From: an uncultured Acidobacteriota bacterium
GTDB taxonomy: Bacteria > Acidobacteriota > Thermoanaerobaculia > Multivoradales > JAHEKO01
Direction: 5' to 3'
NCBI GenBank assembly: GCA_963713825.1
Contig: CAVQNG010000025.1
Coordinates: 892,415-956,414, forward strand
Length of the DNA stretch: 64,000 nt
Of the stretch, positions 38,334 through 47,362 are shown piece by piece; position 1 is the first letter of the stretch; every line of letters begins with the position of its first letter. The notes beneath the pieces are model-generated. The model ran no database searches. It worked only from the letters and a program-made list of their open reading frames with translations, and was not told the DNA's origin. The position numbers were made by a program, and so were the translations under genes.

Positions 38334-38440
38334 AGCGGTCTCCCGTCGTGGATGAGTTTTTTTAGCACTGTATCTCTCTCGCGGTCAATGTAATCTCAAC
38401 GTGAACCCATTGCTCGACAGAGGTTTAGCCGGCTCGTGAG

Positions 38441-39574
38441 TTGAGGGAGAGAGGCGTCATTGAGATAGAGTCCGCGTTGGAGAAAACCGTGGAGAAGAGA
38501 CCAGACCAGGCCGGATCGAGGGATCCGAAAGCCGCCCGACCGGCGCCCGAGCGCGAAGGTGCGGCAGCGCGATCGCTTCTCGATCGACTGTCAAGGCCGC
38601 TGGCAGACCTGCGAATCTCGGTCACCGATCGCTGCAATTTCCGGTGCCGATACTGCATGCCGAAGGAAGTGTTCGGCTCGGACTTTGTCTTTCTGCCACG
38701 CTCGGAGATTCTCACTTTCGAGGAGATCGTTCGCCTGGCTCGAGTCTTTCATGGACTGGGAGTCCGCAAGTTTCGCCTCACCGGTGGGGAACCGTTGCTG
38801 CGGTCCGATCTACCGGTCCTCATCGAGATGCTGGTCGCTCTGCCCGACGCCGAGGTGGCGCTGACTACGAACGGAGCACTGCTGGCTCAGCAGGCGCCAG
38901 CACTGGCGGCGGCTGGTCTCGATCGGGTGACCGTTAGCCTGGACGCCGTCGATGACGAGGTCTTCCATCGGTTCAACGACGTCCGATTTCCCGTCGCGGA
39001 TGTGTTGAAGGGAATCGCTGCCGCTGTCGCCTCGGATCTCGCGCCCATCAAGGTGAACGCCGTCATCAAGAGGGGAGTCAATGACAGTCACCTGATCGAG
39101 TTGGCCGAGCACTTCAAGGGCAGCAACGTCATTCTCCGCCTTATCGAGTACATGGACGTCGGCAACACGAACGGTTGGAGAATGGACGATGTCGTCTCGG
39201 GAGTCGAGATCGTCGAGAGGTTGCAGGCAATCCACCCAATGGAGCCGGTCGAGCCCAATCACCCAGGAGAGGTCGCGAAGCGGTGGCGATACAAGGATGG
39301 AGAAGGCGAGATCGGGCTCATCACCTCGGTAACCCAGCCGTTCTGTGGTGATTGCACCCGGGCGCGTCTGTCGGCCGATGGGCGGATCTTCACCTGCCTG
39401 TTCGCCGCCGAGGGGTTCGATATTCGCCAGGCTCTTCGCGACGGCTCGGATGACGCCGCACTCGCCGACCTCGTCGCCTCGATCTGGACTCGAAGGCGTG
39501 ACCGCTACTCCGAGCTGCGAGCCGAGGCCACGCCGGAACACCGTCGGGTCGAGATGTCGTACATCGGCGGTTGA
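38441..39574 (+). CDS. moaA: GTP 3',8-cyclase MoaA
   Basis: LRISVTDRCNFRCRYCMP, LTGGEPLLR, FCGDCTRARL...C, C-terminal MSYIGG; start uncertain. Confidence 0.95.
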   Translation: MRERGVIEIESALEKTVEKRPDQAGSRDPKAARPAPEREGAAARSLLDRLSRPLADLRISVTDRCNFRCRYCMPKEVFGSDFVFLPRSEILTFEEIVRLARVFHGLGVRKFRLTGGEPLLRSDLPVLIEMLVALPDAEVALTTNGALLAQQAPALAAAGLDRVTVSLDAVDDEVFHRFNDVRFPVADVLKGIAAAVASDLAPIKVNAVIKRGVNDSHLIELAEHFKGSNVILRLIEYMDVGNTNGWRMDDVVSGVEIVERLQAIHPMEPVEPNHPGEVAKRWRYKDGEGEIGLITSVTQPFCGDCTRARLSADGRIFTCLFAAEGFDIRQALRDGSDDAALADLVASIWTRRRDRYSELRAEATPEHRRVEMSYIGG

Positions 39575-39760
39575 GCAGGTCGGCAGCTTCCCGTTCCAAA
39601 CGCAGAAAACAGCTCCGATTTCGCCAGTTTTTGGGCGGGATTGCCGAATTTGTGGAGGATTCCACTGCTCTTGCCGGCCAAGTGGCTTACTCTGAATGCG
39701 GAAGGAATCCGCTCGATTGGGGGCATTCGTCCCTGCCTGAAACAGGCGGAGGAAGGTGCG

Positions 39761-40477
39761 ATGAGACCTAGCCAACAACAGAACCCCAATTCACTGCACG
39801 CCGTTGATTCGGATCCCCGAGTTTCGAATCGGGTGCCTCTAGAGCGCAAGGTAATCCTCAAGTTCCACGACTTCGGTGGTTTTTCCATCGAGTACTCGGC
39901 CAACGTCTCGACCTCCGGCATGTTCGTCAAGACGACCTCGCCGAAGCCCGTAGGGTCGATCTTCATCTTCGAGATCTGGCTGGGCGACGAGCGCAAGCTC
40001 GTGCACGGCCTGGGCGAAGTGATCTGGGTTCGTGACCAGGACGAGTCCTCGGACCGACCCGCCGGCATGGGTGTGTCCTACGTCAAGCTGGATGACGAGA
40101 GTCGGGTCGCCATCGGACGCATCGTCGAGCGTCACCTTCTGGAGGTGAGTGGCGCGGCAGTCGATGCGAGTTGGGACTCCGAAACGACAGCTGTCGATGA
40201 TTTCAAGAGCGACAGTCTTCGACCGATGCCGATCGAGGATCGACGCTCCGGCGAGCTTCTGGTCCTCGATGAGAACGAGTTGCAGCTCGATGACCCCCTC
40301 GGCCCGCCGATGGAGTCCGGTGTCATTGCAACCCAGCCGCGTTCAGGTCAGGGCTCTCGTCGTGGTCGGACGGTGCTCTGGCTGGCTCTGCTGCTGGCCG
40401 TAGCCGGGGGCGTCGGATACCTGTGGTACAGCGGCCTCGTGCCGCCGCTGGGGCCCTGGCTGGAAGGCCTGATGTGA
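39761..40477 (+). CDS. PilZ-domain protein (TIGR02266-like) with C-terminal TM anchor
   Basis: RVSNR (RxxxR) and NVSTSG (D/NxSxxG) c-di-GMP motifs, GEVIW, PAGMGV; GGAGG RBS. Confidence 0.85.
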   Translation: MRPSQQQNPNSLHAVDSDPRVSNRVPLERKVILKFHDFGGFSIEYSANVSTSGMFVKTTSPKPVGSIFIFEIWLGDERKLVHGLGEVIWVRDQDESSDRPAGMGVSYVKLDDESRVAIGRIVERHLLEVSGAAVDASWDSETTAVDDFKSDSLRPMPIEDRRSGELLVLDENELQLDDPLGPPMESGVIATQPRSGQGSRRGRTVLWLALLLAVAGGVGYLWYSGLVPPLGPWLEGLM

Positions 40478-40581
40478 TGAGCGCTCTTCTGATCACTATC
40501 GTCGTCGCCTTGGCGACGGCCGTTTTGCCTCTGAGCCGTCTCGCAACGGCTTCCTGCGCCTCCATGCGCAGACGTCGATAG
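40477..40581 (+). CDS. Possible 34-aa hydrophobic peptide (MSALLITIVVALATAVLPLSRLATASCASMRRRR)
   Basis: TGATG overlap with the PilZ gene stop; hydrophobic stretch and basic C-terminus. Confidence 0.3.
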   Translation: MSALLITIVVALATAVLPLSRLATASCASMRRRR

Positions 40582-40736
40582 TCCGAGGCCGGTCGTTTCT
40601 GTCCGGCGTCCCAACTCGGACCCGTCCTACTCGTTCCCATCTGCGATAGAGTCTGGCCTCGCTTTCCGCGCGACCTTGTCGACGGTCGGAGCCGGGGAGC
40701 TCGATCGATATCCTGCCTCTGGTTGGGGGAACGCTT

Positions 40737-43700
40737 ATGAGACATTCGAGTCCGTTGGCCTTCGCGGCCGTGATTCTGCTGCTCGGCCCGATGACCCTTG
40801 CGGCGCCCGCCGGCGCCGAGTACACCACCCACAAAATGGAGGTCGCCCTGGATCCTGTGGATGGCGAAATCCGGGTGACCGACCGAATCCAGCTGGGTTC
40901 GACGCTCGGCGATGAGCCGGTGGAGTTCCTTCTCAATGCTGCATTGGAGATCGAGAGCTCGAGCCCGCCGGTGGAACAAGTGCCGCTCGGCGAATTCGAT
41001 GGCTTCTTCGGGATCAACGGTGCCAGCATCGAGCTCGATTCCGACCTCGAGCTGGCCCGATACCGCCTGACGTCGATCCCCGATGACGGACTCCTGACGG
41101 TCTCGTACCAGGGGGGCATGGATTTCGGTCTCTCCGCCCAGAAGGAGGAGTACACCCGTGGCTTCCGGGAGACGGCAGGGATCGTCGGCGAGGAAGGGGT
41201 CTACCTGGCGGCGAGCGGGTTCTGGTACCCGTATTTCAGCGCGTCGCTCATCGAGTTCGATCTCGCTATCGATCAGCCGTCAGACTGGCATGTGATCAGC
41301 CAGGGAAATGGGGCGTCTCGGGGTGATGACGGACGAGCTGTCTGGTCTTCGGGTGGTCCCATGGATGAGATCTATCTCGTCGGGGGCCCCCTGATCGCCT
41401 ACCGAGAGGCCGCCGGCGCCGTCGAGGCGCAGGTCTACCTTCACGAAGCCGACGATGCGCTGGCTGACAAATACCTGAAAGCGACGGCGCAATATGTCGA
41501 GATGTATCGAGAGCTCATTGGCCCCTACCCATACGAGAAATTCGCTCTGGTAGAGAACTTCTGGGAGACAGGCTATGGGATGCCCTCGTTCACCCTGCTG
41601 GGCCCGCAGGTCATTCGCTTTCCTTTCATCCTGACCTCCTCCTATCCTCACGAGATTCTCCACAACTGGTGGGGCAACTCCGTCTTCGTGGACTATGCCA
41701 CCGGCAACTGGTGCGAGGGCCTTACGGCCTACATGGCCGACCACTTGATCCAGGAGCAACGCGGCAAAGGAGAGGACTACCGGCGTGCGACGGTGCAGAA
41801 ATATCGCAACTACGTGAAGGAAAGCCGGGACTTTCCGTTGAAAGACTTTCGCTCTCGCCATAGCGCCGCAACGGAAGCCGTCGGCTATGGGAAGACGCTG
41901 ATGGGTTACCACATGCTGCGGCTGCATGTCGGTGACGAGGCTTTCCGCCGCAGCATGGCTCGGTTCTATCGCGATTTCAGGAACAAGCGCGCTTCATTCG
42001 GTGATCTTCAGGCCACCTTCGAAGCTGAAACGGGAGAGGATCTCACCTGGTTCTTCGAGCCGTGGGTCGAGCGCCCAGGTGCTGCCGCGCTCGAGATCGC
42101 GGTGCAGGGCGTACAGGAGTCGGACGGTGGCTTCACTGTCAACGCCTCCCTCGTCCAGAGCCAGGCAGCCGATTTCTTCGAGCTCGAAGTGCCGATCGCC
42201 CTGCTGACCGAGAGCGGTACCGAAGTCACGGTGGTTCGCACCACTGGCAGAGAGACTCCGTTCACCCTCGAAGTCGCCTCCCGACCGCTGGCCATCCAAG
42301 CCGATCCCCAGTTCGATGTGTTCAGACTTCTGGACGCGCGCGAGATCCCGCCATCCATTGGTCAGATCTTCGGTGAGCCGGAGATTCTGGCAGTGCTGCC
42401 ATCGGCGGCAGACGAGTCCGAGCTGGAGGCCTACCGGGCTCTGGCCGAGGGTTGGCAGAGCGATAGTCACTCCGTCGAAGTGGTGTTGGACAGCGCCCTG
42501 GAAAGCCTGCCGTCGGATCGGGCCGTCTGGGTCCTGGGACGCGAGAATCGGCTGGCGGAGGAGCTTTTCGGGGAGGGTCTGGCGAGAGTCGAGGTCAGTC
42601 CGGAGCGGTTGGGCCTGGGTGAAGAAGAGGTGGCTTGGAGCGATCACTCCATGGTTGTCATTCGTCGTCATCCCGCCCAGGTCGACAAGGCTGTGGGTTG
42701 GTTGGTCGTCGAGCCCCGAGCGGCCTTTGCTGGCCTGGGTCGCAAGCTGCCACATTACGGCAAGTACTCGTACCTGGCCTTCGAGGGCGAGGAGCCGGCA
42801 AACGTGGTGAAGGGTCAGTGGCCTACCAGTGACTCCCCCTTGCTCGTCGATCTGCGCGCCGAGGGCGAAGCCCGTGGCACTGCGCTGCCGGCGATGCAGC
42901 TGCCGGAGAGGCAGGCCCTGGCGGATCTGCCCCCCGTCTTCTCCCAGTCTCGTTTGATGGAGCACGTCGAGTACCTGGCCTCAACCGAACTCGAAGGCAG
43001 AGGAGTAGGTACTGCAGGGCTCGAAGAGGCAGCTCGGTATCTCGTCGGGCAGTTCGAGCAAGCGGGACTGGAACCCGCTGGAGACAACGGCTCGTTCTAT
43101 CAACGTTTCACCATGCAGCAGGGACCCGAGGGAGCACCGGTTGATGTGACCAACGTCATCGGAGTGCTGCCAGGGGCTCGAGCCGATTGGAGTGATCAGG
43201 CCGTGGTTGTCGGCGCTCATTTCGATCACCTCGGGTCTGGCTGGCCGGACGTGCACAGCGGTGACGAGGGGAAGATCCATCCTGGAGCGGACGACAACGC
43301 GAGCGGTGTCGCGGTTCTCATCGAGCTGGCCAAGGCTCTGGCGGAAGGCGAGTCCCCGCAGAGGAGTCTGGTCTTCGTCGGCTTCACCGGTGAGGAGGCC
43401 GGTCGGGCTGGCTCGAAGTACTACGTGGCCAATCCGATACCCGTGCCCCTGTCCGGCATTCGAGCGGTCGTCAATATCGACACGGTCGGGCGGTTGGGCG
43501 AAGGTGCTGTTTCGATCCTGGGAACGGGCACCGCGGACGAGTGGCAGCACATCTTCCGAGGGGCTTCCTATGTCACCGGCGTGGACAGCCGCAACATTCC
43601 TGAATCGGCGGAGGCCTCGGATCAGATGAGCTTCATCGAGAAGGGGATCCCGGGAGTGCAGATCTTCACGCAGGCCCATGGTGACTACCATCGGCCGGGT

Positions 43701-44129
43701 GACACGGCGGACAAGATCGACGGCGCCGGCCTGGTCAAAGTAGCAACGCTGGTCAAAGAGTCCGTCGTCTATCTGGGAGGGCGCGAAGATCCCTTGACGG
43801 TAAAGATCGAAGGGCAGTCGTCAGGTCCAGCGAGCGGTCCTCCAGCGGCAGGTCCGTCGGGAGGACGTCGGGTGCGCTTCGGTACGGTGCCGGATTTCGC
43901 CTTCCAGGGGCCCGGAGTCAAGGTGAGCGAAGTCTCGGCAGACTCGCCTGCGGAGAAGGCCGGTTTTCTGGCAGGTGACACGCTGATGGCTATCGGCGAC
44001 CAGGAAGTGACGGATTTGCGAACCTACTCTCAGATCCTCCGCACCCTGGAACCAGGCCAGACTGTCGATGCGAAGGTATTGCGAGAGGGTGAAGAGATCG
44101 TCTTGCCCGTCACGGTGGAAGAACGCTGA
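40737..44129 (+). CDS. Exported M1-like metallopeptidase / M28 peptidase / PDZ fusion
   Basis: Signal peptide; HEILH..NWCEG gluzincin motif; GAHFDH, GADDNASG, GEE, DYH M28 ligands; FGTVPDF..SPAEKAG...GD PDZ. Confidence 0.88.
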   Translation: MRHSSPLAFAAVILLLGPMTLAAPAGAEYTTHKMEVALDPVDGEIRVTDRIQLGSTLGDEPVEFLLNAALEIESSSPPVEQVPLGEFDGFFGINGASIELDSDLELARYRLTSIPDDGLLTVSYQGGMDFGLSAQKEEYTRGFRETAGIVGEEGVYLAASGFWYPYFSASLIEFDLAIDQPSDWHVISQGNGASRGDDGRAVWSSGGPMDEIYLVGGPLIAYREAAGAVEAQVYLHEADDALADKYLKATAQYVEMYRELIGPYPYEKFALVENFWETGYGMPSFTLLGPQVIRFPFILTSSYPHEILHNWWGNSVFVDYATGNWCEGLTAYMADHLIQEQRGKGEDYRRATVQKYRNYVKESRDFPLKDFRSRHSAATEAVGYGKTLMGYHMLRLHVGDEAFRRSMARFYRDFRNKRASFGDLQATFEAETGEDLTWFFEPWVERPGAAALEIAVQGVQESDGGFTVNASLVQSQAADFFELEVPIALLTESGTEVTVVRTTGRETPFTLEVASRPLAIQADPQFDVFRLLDAREIPPSIGQIFGEPEILAVLPSAADESELEAYRALAEGWQSDSHSVEVVLDSALESLPSDRAVWVLGRENRLAEELFGEGLARVEVSPERLGLGEEEVAWSDHSMVVIRRHPAQVDKAVGWLVVEPRAAFAGLGRKLPHYGKYSYLAFEGEEPANVVKGQWPTSDSPLLVDLRAEGEARGTALPAMQLPERQALADLPPVFSQSRLMEHVEYLASTELEGRGVGTAGLEEAARYLVGQFEQAGLEPAGDNGSFYQRFTMQQGPEGAPVDVTNVIGVLPGARADWSDQAVVVGAHFDHLGSGWPDVHSGDEGKIHPGADDNASGVAVLIELAKALAEGESPQRSLVFVGFTGEEAGRAGSKYYVANPIPVPLSGIRAVVNIDTVGRLGEGAVSILGTGTADEWQHIFRGASYVTGVDSRNIPESAEASDQMSFIEKGIPGVQIFTQAHGDYHRPGDTADKIDGAGLVKVATLVKESVVYLGGREDPLTVKIEGQSSGPASGPPAAGPSGGRRVRFGTVPDFAFQGPGVKVSEVSADSPAEKAGFLAGDTLMAIGDQEVTDLRTYSQILRTLEPGQTVDAKVLREGEEIVLPVTVEER

Positions 44130-44145
44130 TGAGGAGATCTGGATC

Positions 44146-45396
44146 ATGGGCTGCACGAGTGATTGGAACCGTCGGTGGCGGGGAGTCGTCCCATTGTTCT
44201 TGCTGAGTCTGGCGATGCTGGGGACCGGATGTGGTCAACAAGAGGCCGCCCCGGAACCCGAGGAAGATCTGCAGGCTCGTGCGGACAGGATCGCTCAGGA
44301 GAGCATCATCGTCGATACCCACATCGACGTTCCCTACCGGATGCAGAAAGGGCGAGAAGACCTTTCCCGACGCACCGCGGATGGAGATTTCGACTATCCG
44401 AGAGCGGTCGAAGGGGGACTGAACGCGCCCTTCATGTCCATCTACACTCCAGCCGAGCTGCAGGTGTCCGGAGGCTCGAAGGAGTTGGCGGACACGCTGA
44501 TCGATCTGGTCGAAGGGTTCGAACAGGAGTGGCCCGACAAGTTCTCTCTGGCCCGTTCCCCGCAGGATGTCCGGGACAATTTCGAGGCTGGGCTGATCTC
44601 GCTGCCGCTGGGCATGGAAAATGGCGCGCCGATTGGTGACGATCTTGCCAACCTGGTTTACTTCCGCGATCGGGGTGTCCGCTATATCACCCTGACCCAT
44701 GGCAAGAGCAACCAGATCAGCGATTCCTCCTACGACGAGGAACGCGTCTGGGAAGGCCTGAGCCCGTTCGGGCGGCAAGTTGTCGAGGAGATGAATCGAC
44801 AAGGGATCATGATCGACGTCTCTCATGTCACCGATGAGGCCTTCGACCAGGTTCTCGATCTGACCCGGGCTCCGGTGATCGCTTCGCACTCTTCGTGCCG
44901 CTCCTTTACCGGCGACTGGGAGCGCAACATGAGTGACGAGATGATCCGTCGCCTAGGCGAGAACGGTGGCGTCATCCATATCAACTTCGGTTCTGCCTTT
45001 CTGACCCAGGAGGCCTGGGAAACTTCGCAGGCCATGTGGGAGGCGGTTGGGAAGTACCAAGAGGAACAGGATCTGGAGGAGGGCGACGAGGCCGTTGAAG
45101 CGTTCGCCGAAGCCTACCGGGCGGAGAACCCGCAGGTGCTGGCGGACGTGACGGATGTCGTGGATCACATTGACCATGCGGTCGCGCTGGCGGGAATCGA
45201 CCACGTCGGAATCGGCTCCGACTTCGATGGTGTGGGTCCGTCGACCCCGACGGGGCTCGAGGACGTCTCCTACTACCCGAACCTGATTCGTCACCTGCTC
45301 GAGCGGGGATACTCCGACGAGGATGTCCGGAAGATCCTGGGAGAGAACACTCTGAGGGTCTGGGCCGAGGTGGAGAAGGTGGCCGCCGAGCTTTGA
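44146..45396 (+). CDS. Membrane dipeptidase (peptidase M19), probable lipoprotein
   Basis: Lipobox-like LGTGC; DTHID, LGMEN, IDVSH, ASHS, GIGSDFDG; GAGGAG RBS. Confidence 0.92.
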   Translation: MGCTSDWNRRWRGVVPLFLLSLAMLGTGCGQQEAAPEPEEDLQARADRIAQESIIVDTHIDVPYRMQKGREDLSRRTADGDFDYPRAVEGGLNAPFMSIYTPAELQVSGGSKELADTLIDLVEGFEQEWPDKFSLARSPQDVRDNFEAGLISLPLGMENGAPIGDDLANLVYFRDRGVRYITLTHGKSNQISDSSYDEERVWEGLSPFGRQVVEEMNRQGIMIDVSHVTDEAFDQVLDLTRAPVIASHSSCRSFTGDWERNMSDEMIRRLGENGGVIHINFGSAFLTQEAWETSQAMWEAVGKYQEEQDLEEGDEAVEAFAEAYRAENPQVLADVTDVVDHIDHAVALAGIDHVGIGSDFDGVGPSTPTGLEDVSYYPNLIRHLLERGYSDEDVRKILGENTLRVWAEVEKVAAEL

Positions 45397-45418
45397 AGCG
45401 GCCGGACCTGTGCCGGCC
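45391..45418. repeat. Single copy of the REP-like palindrome CTTTGAAGCGGCCGGACCTGTGCCGGCC
   Basis: Identical to the core of the tandem unit at 52663-52826; overlaps the dipeptidase TGA stop. Confidence 0.85.
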
Positions 45419-45569
45419 ATGTTTGTCCATCGTTTGGCCTCTGAGCTGTCCTTTTTGGGCGCTAAATGGTGCTTTTTTGGCGTTGGTGTGGCACGGGTCT
45501 CCTGCCCCCTGAAGACACTGGTGGACCCCCAGTGTGTCACGGGCCCCGCCGCTAGCGCATTGCCTGTCG

Positions 45570-46592
45570 TCAGGGCTTGCGGGCGGCCAAGAGGCGGGAC
45601 TTGGTGGCCACATCTACCAGGCTCTCGAATCGAAGACCCAGCTGCGCGAGCCAGGTCTCGACTTGCGCGACCGTGTAGCAGTCGCCACCCTCCGTGCTCA
45701 CCAACATGTTGACGGCAAACACAGCTCCTCCGGGAGGGTTGAGTCGATCCTCGTCGAGCAGAAAGTCCTTGATGACGAGCCGTCCCCCGGGTTCGAGAGC
45801 GGTGGCGCATCGGCCGAGCAGCTGCCGATTGATGGCGGCCGAGTAGATGTGCACGACGTTGGAGAGGAAGATCAGATCGTAGGGGCCTCCCAGGTCGTCC
45901 TCCAGAGCGTTGCCAGCCCGGCAGGTAATGCGTCCTTGGAGCTCGGCCGCGCGAATGTTCCCCTCGGCGACCGCCAACGTGCTCTCGGTATCCAGGACCA
46001 CGACTTCGAGCTCGGGATGGCGTCGGGCGAACTCGATGGCGTAGATAGCGGGTCCACCCCCGATATCCAACATGCGTCGAACGCCCTCGAGATCGAGGAC
46101 CTCACTGGTCGCGGCGGCCGACACCCTGCCGACGTCAGCCATGGCTCGAGCGAACTGCGCCTCGTTGCCGACGAGCGCCGGATCCAGATGCTCATCGGCA
46201 ACTGGCCGCCCATGGACGACTGCATCGTGTAGGTGGCCCCAGCGCTCGTACAGCTTGGCCGTATGTTGAAGGGAGTGAACGCGGGAGGTTGGTGAGCTCG
46301 GCAGTAGGAACTGCTCGACTAGCGGGCCGTTGCCGTAGCCACCGTCCTCTCGTAGAAGGAGGCCTTCGGCCACGAGGGCATCACAGAGGATCCTCACCCC
46401 ACGTTGATCGGCATCGAGCCTGCTGCTCAGTTCTTCGGCGTCAAGGGGTCCTTCGATCAACCTCTCGAACAACCCGAGACGATTGGCGGTCAGCAGGATC
46501 TGGCAGGCTCGATAGCCGGACGCCATCCTGTCGACCGGGTCTGTGAAGTGCTCTCCCGGTGGGTTGGGGTCTTTCGTGGTCATGGGCTTCAA
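45570..46592 (-). CDS. SAM-dependent O-methyltransferase (dimerisation + Methyltransf_2 type)
   Basis: N-terminal winged-helix dimerisation segment; LDIGGGP, SNVVH, PGGRLVI. Confidence 0.88.
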   Translation of the reverse strand: MKPMTTKDPNPPGEHFTDPVDRMASGYRACQILLTANRLGLFERLIEGPLDAEELSSRLDADQRGVRILCDALVAEGLLLREDGGYGNGPLVEQFLLPSSPTSRVHSLQHTAKLYERWGHLHDAVVHGRPVADEHLDPALVGNEAQFARAMADVGRVSAAATSEVLDLEGVRRMLDIGGGPAIYAIEFARRHPELEVVVLDTESTLAVAEGNIRAAELQGRITCRAGNALEDDLGGPYDLIFLSNVVHIYSAAINRQLLGRCATALEPGGRLVIKDFLLDEDRLNPPGGAVFAVNMLVSTEGGDCYTVAQVETWLAQLGLRFESLVDVATKSRLLAARKP

Positions 46593-47221
46593 CTGGTTTC
46601 AGCCAACTTCTCGGCCCGGTTCCGATACAGGTCGGGATCGACGACACTGGCCATTTTCTCGACATCGAGGTGGCCGCCGAGGAACTCGTTGATCGCGCCA
46701 GCGGCCTGCAAGGGCTCGTCGAGGACCTGGCGATAGTGGACCTCGAGATGCTCGAATTGCGGTTGGTGCTTGAGCAGGTAGTTGGCCTTCCAGAGGTCGT
46801 TCTCATAGAGCTCGACCATGCGCTCGTCCTCGGTCTCGGAGGTCTCGTCGCGTCGTTGCAGCATCTTCTGCTGGGACGCCAGGACCTCGCTCAGATCACG
46901 GCGCATGAACAGTACCTTGTAGTTGTAGTCGGGTGGCAGCTCCTTGAGCAGGTACGAGATGATCTTGATGGCCTGCCCTTTGGCGTCGTCGAGCCAACGG
47001 AAATCGTTCTCCTTGGCGAGGTCTTTGACGCGCTCCAATTCGTAGTAGCCCTTGGGATTGTCTTCATCGGCGGAGCGCACCCCGTCCGAAACGATGGAAA
47101 ACCCAGTTGCCTCCAGCATCTTCATGGCCATCGAAGTGCCAGAGCGGGGCAGGCCGGAGACGATGATGACCGGCTCTCCAAACCGCAGTCGTCGGTAGAG
47201 GCTTCTGAGATTGAATGCCAT
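46589..47221 (-). CDS. PAPS-dependent sulfotransferase-domain protein
   Basis: SGLPRSGTS 5'-PSB loop, NPKGYYE, MRRDLSEVLASQ 3'-PB motif. Confidence 0.85.
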   Translation of the reverse strand: MAFNLRSLYRRLRFGEPVIIVSGLPRSGTSMAMKMLEATGFSIVSDGVRSADEDNPKGYYELERVKDLAKENDFRWLDDAKGQAIKIISYLLKELPPDYNYKVLFMRRDLSEVLASQQKMLQRRDETSETEDERMVELYENDLWKANYLLKHQPQFEHLEVHYRQVLDEPLQAAGAINEFLGGHLDVEKMASVVDPDLYRNRAEKLAETS

Positions 47222-47362
47222 GCGGAGTCTTCCTGAATGGTCGGGTAGTGGGTGTTCGGATTCGCGATGTTGTGTATATAATACCAGTCCATTTTGGCGC
47301 CCGGGCTACTGCACAGCGTCGGGGCGCCTTTTTTCGAAACACACTATAGAGCAGGAGAAGGT

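Noticed and set aside
38334-38440. Moco riboswitch upstream of moaA
   Set aside because: No recognisable conserved motif by eye; an Infernal/Rfam scan would be needed.
45489-45505. Second sigma-54-like site TGGCACG
   Set aside because: No correctly spaced TTGC -12 element (reads TCCT), and it lies between convergent genes.
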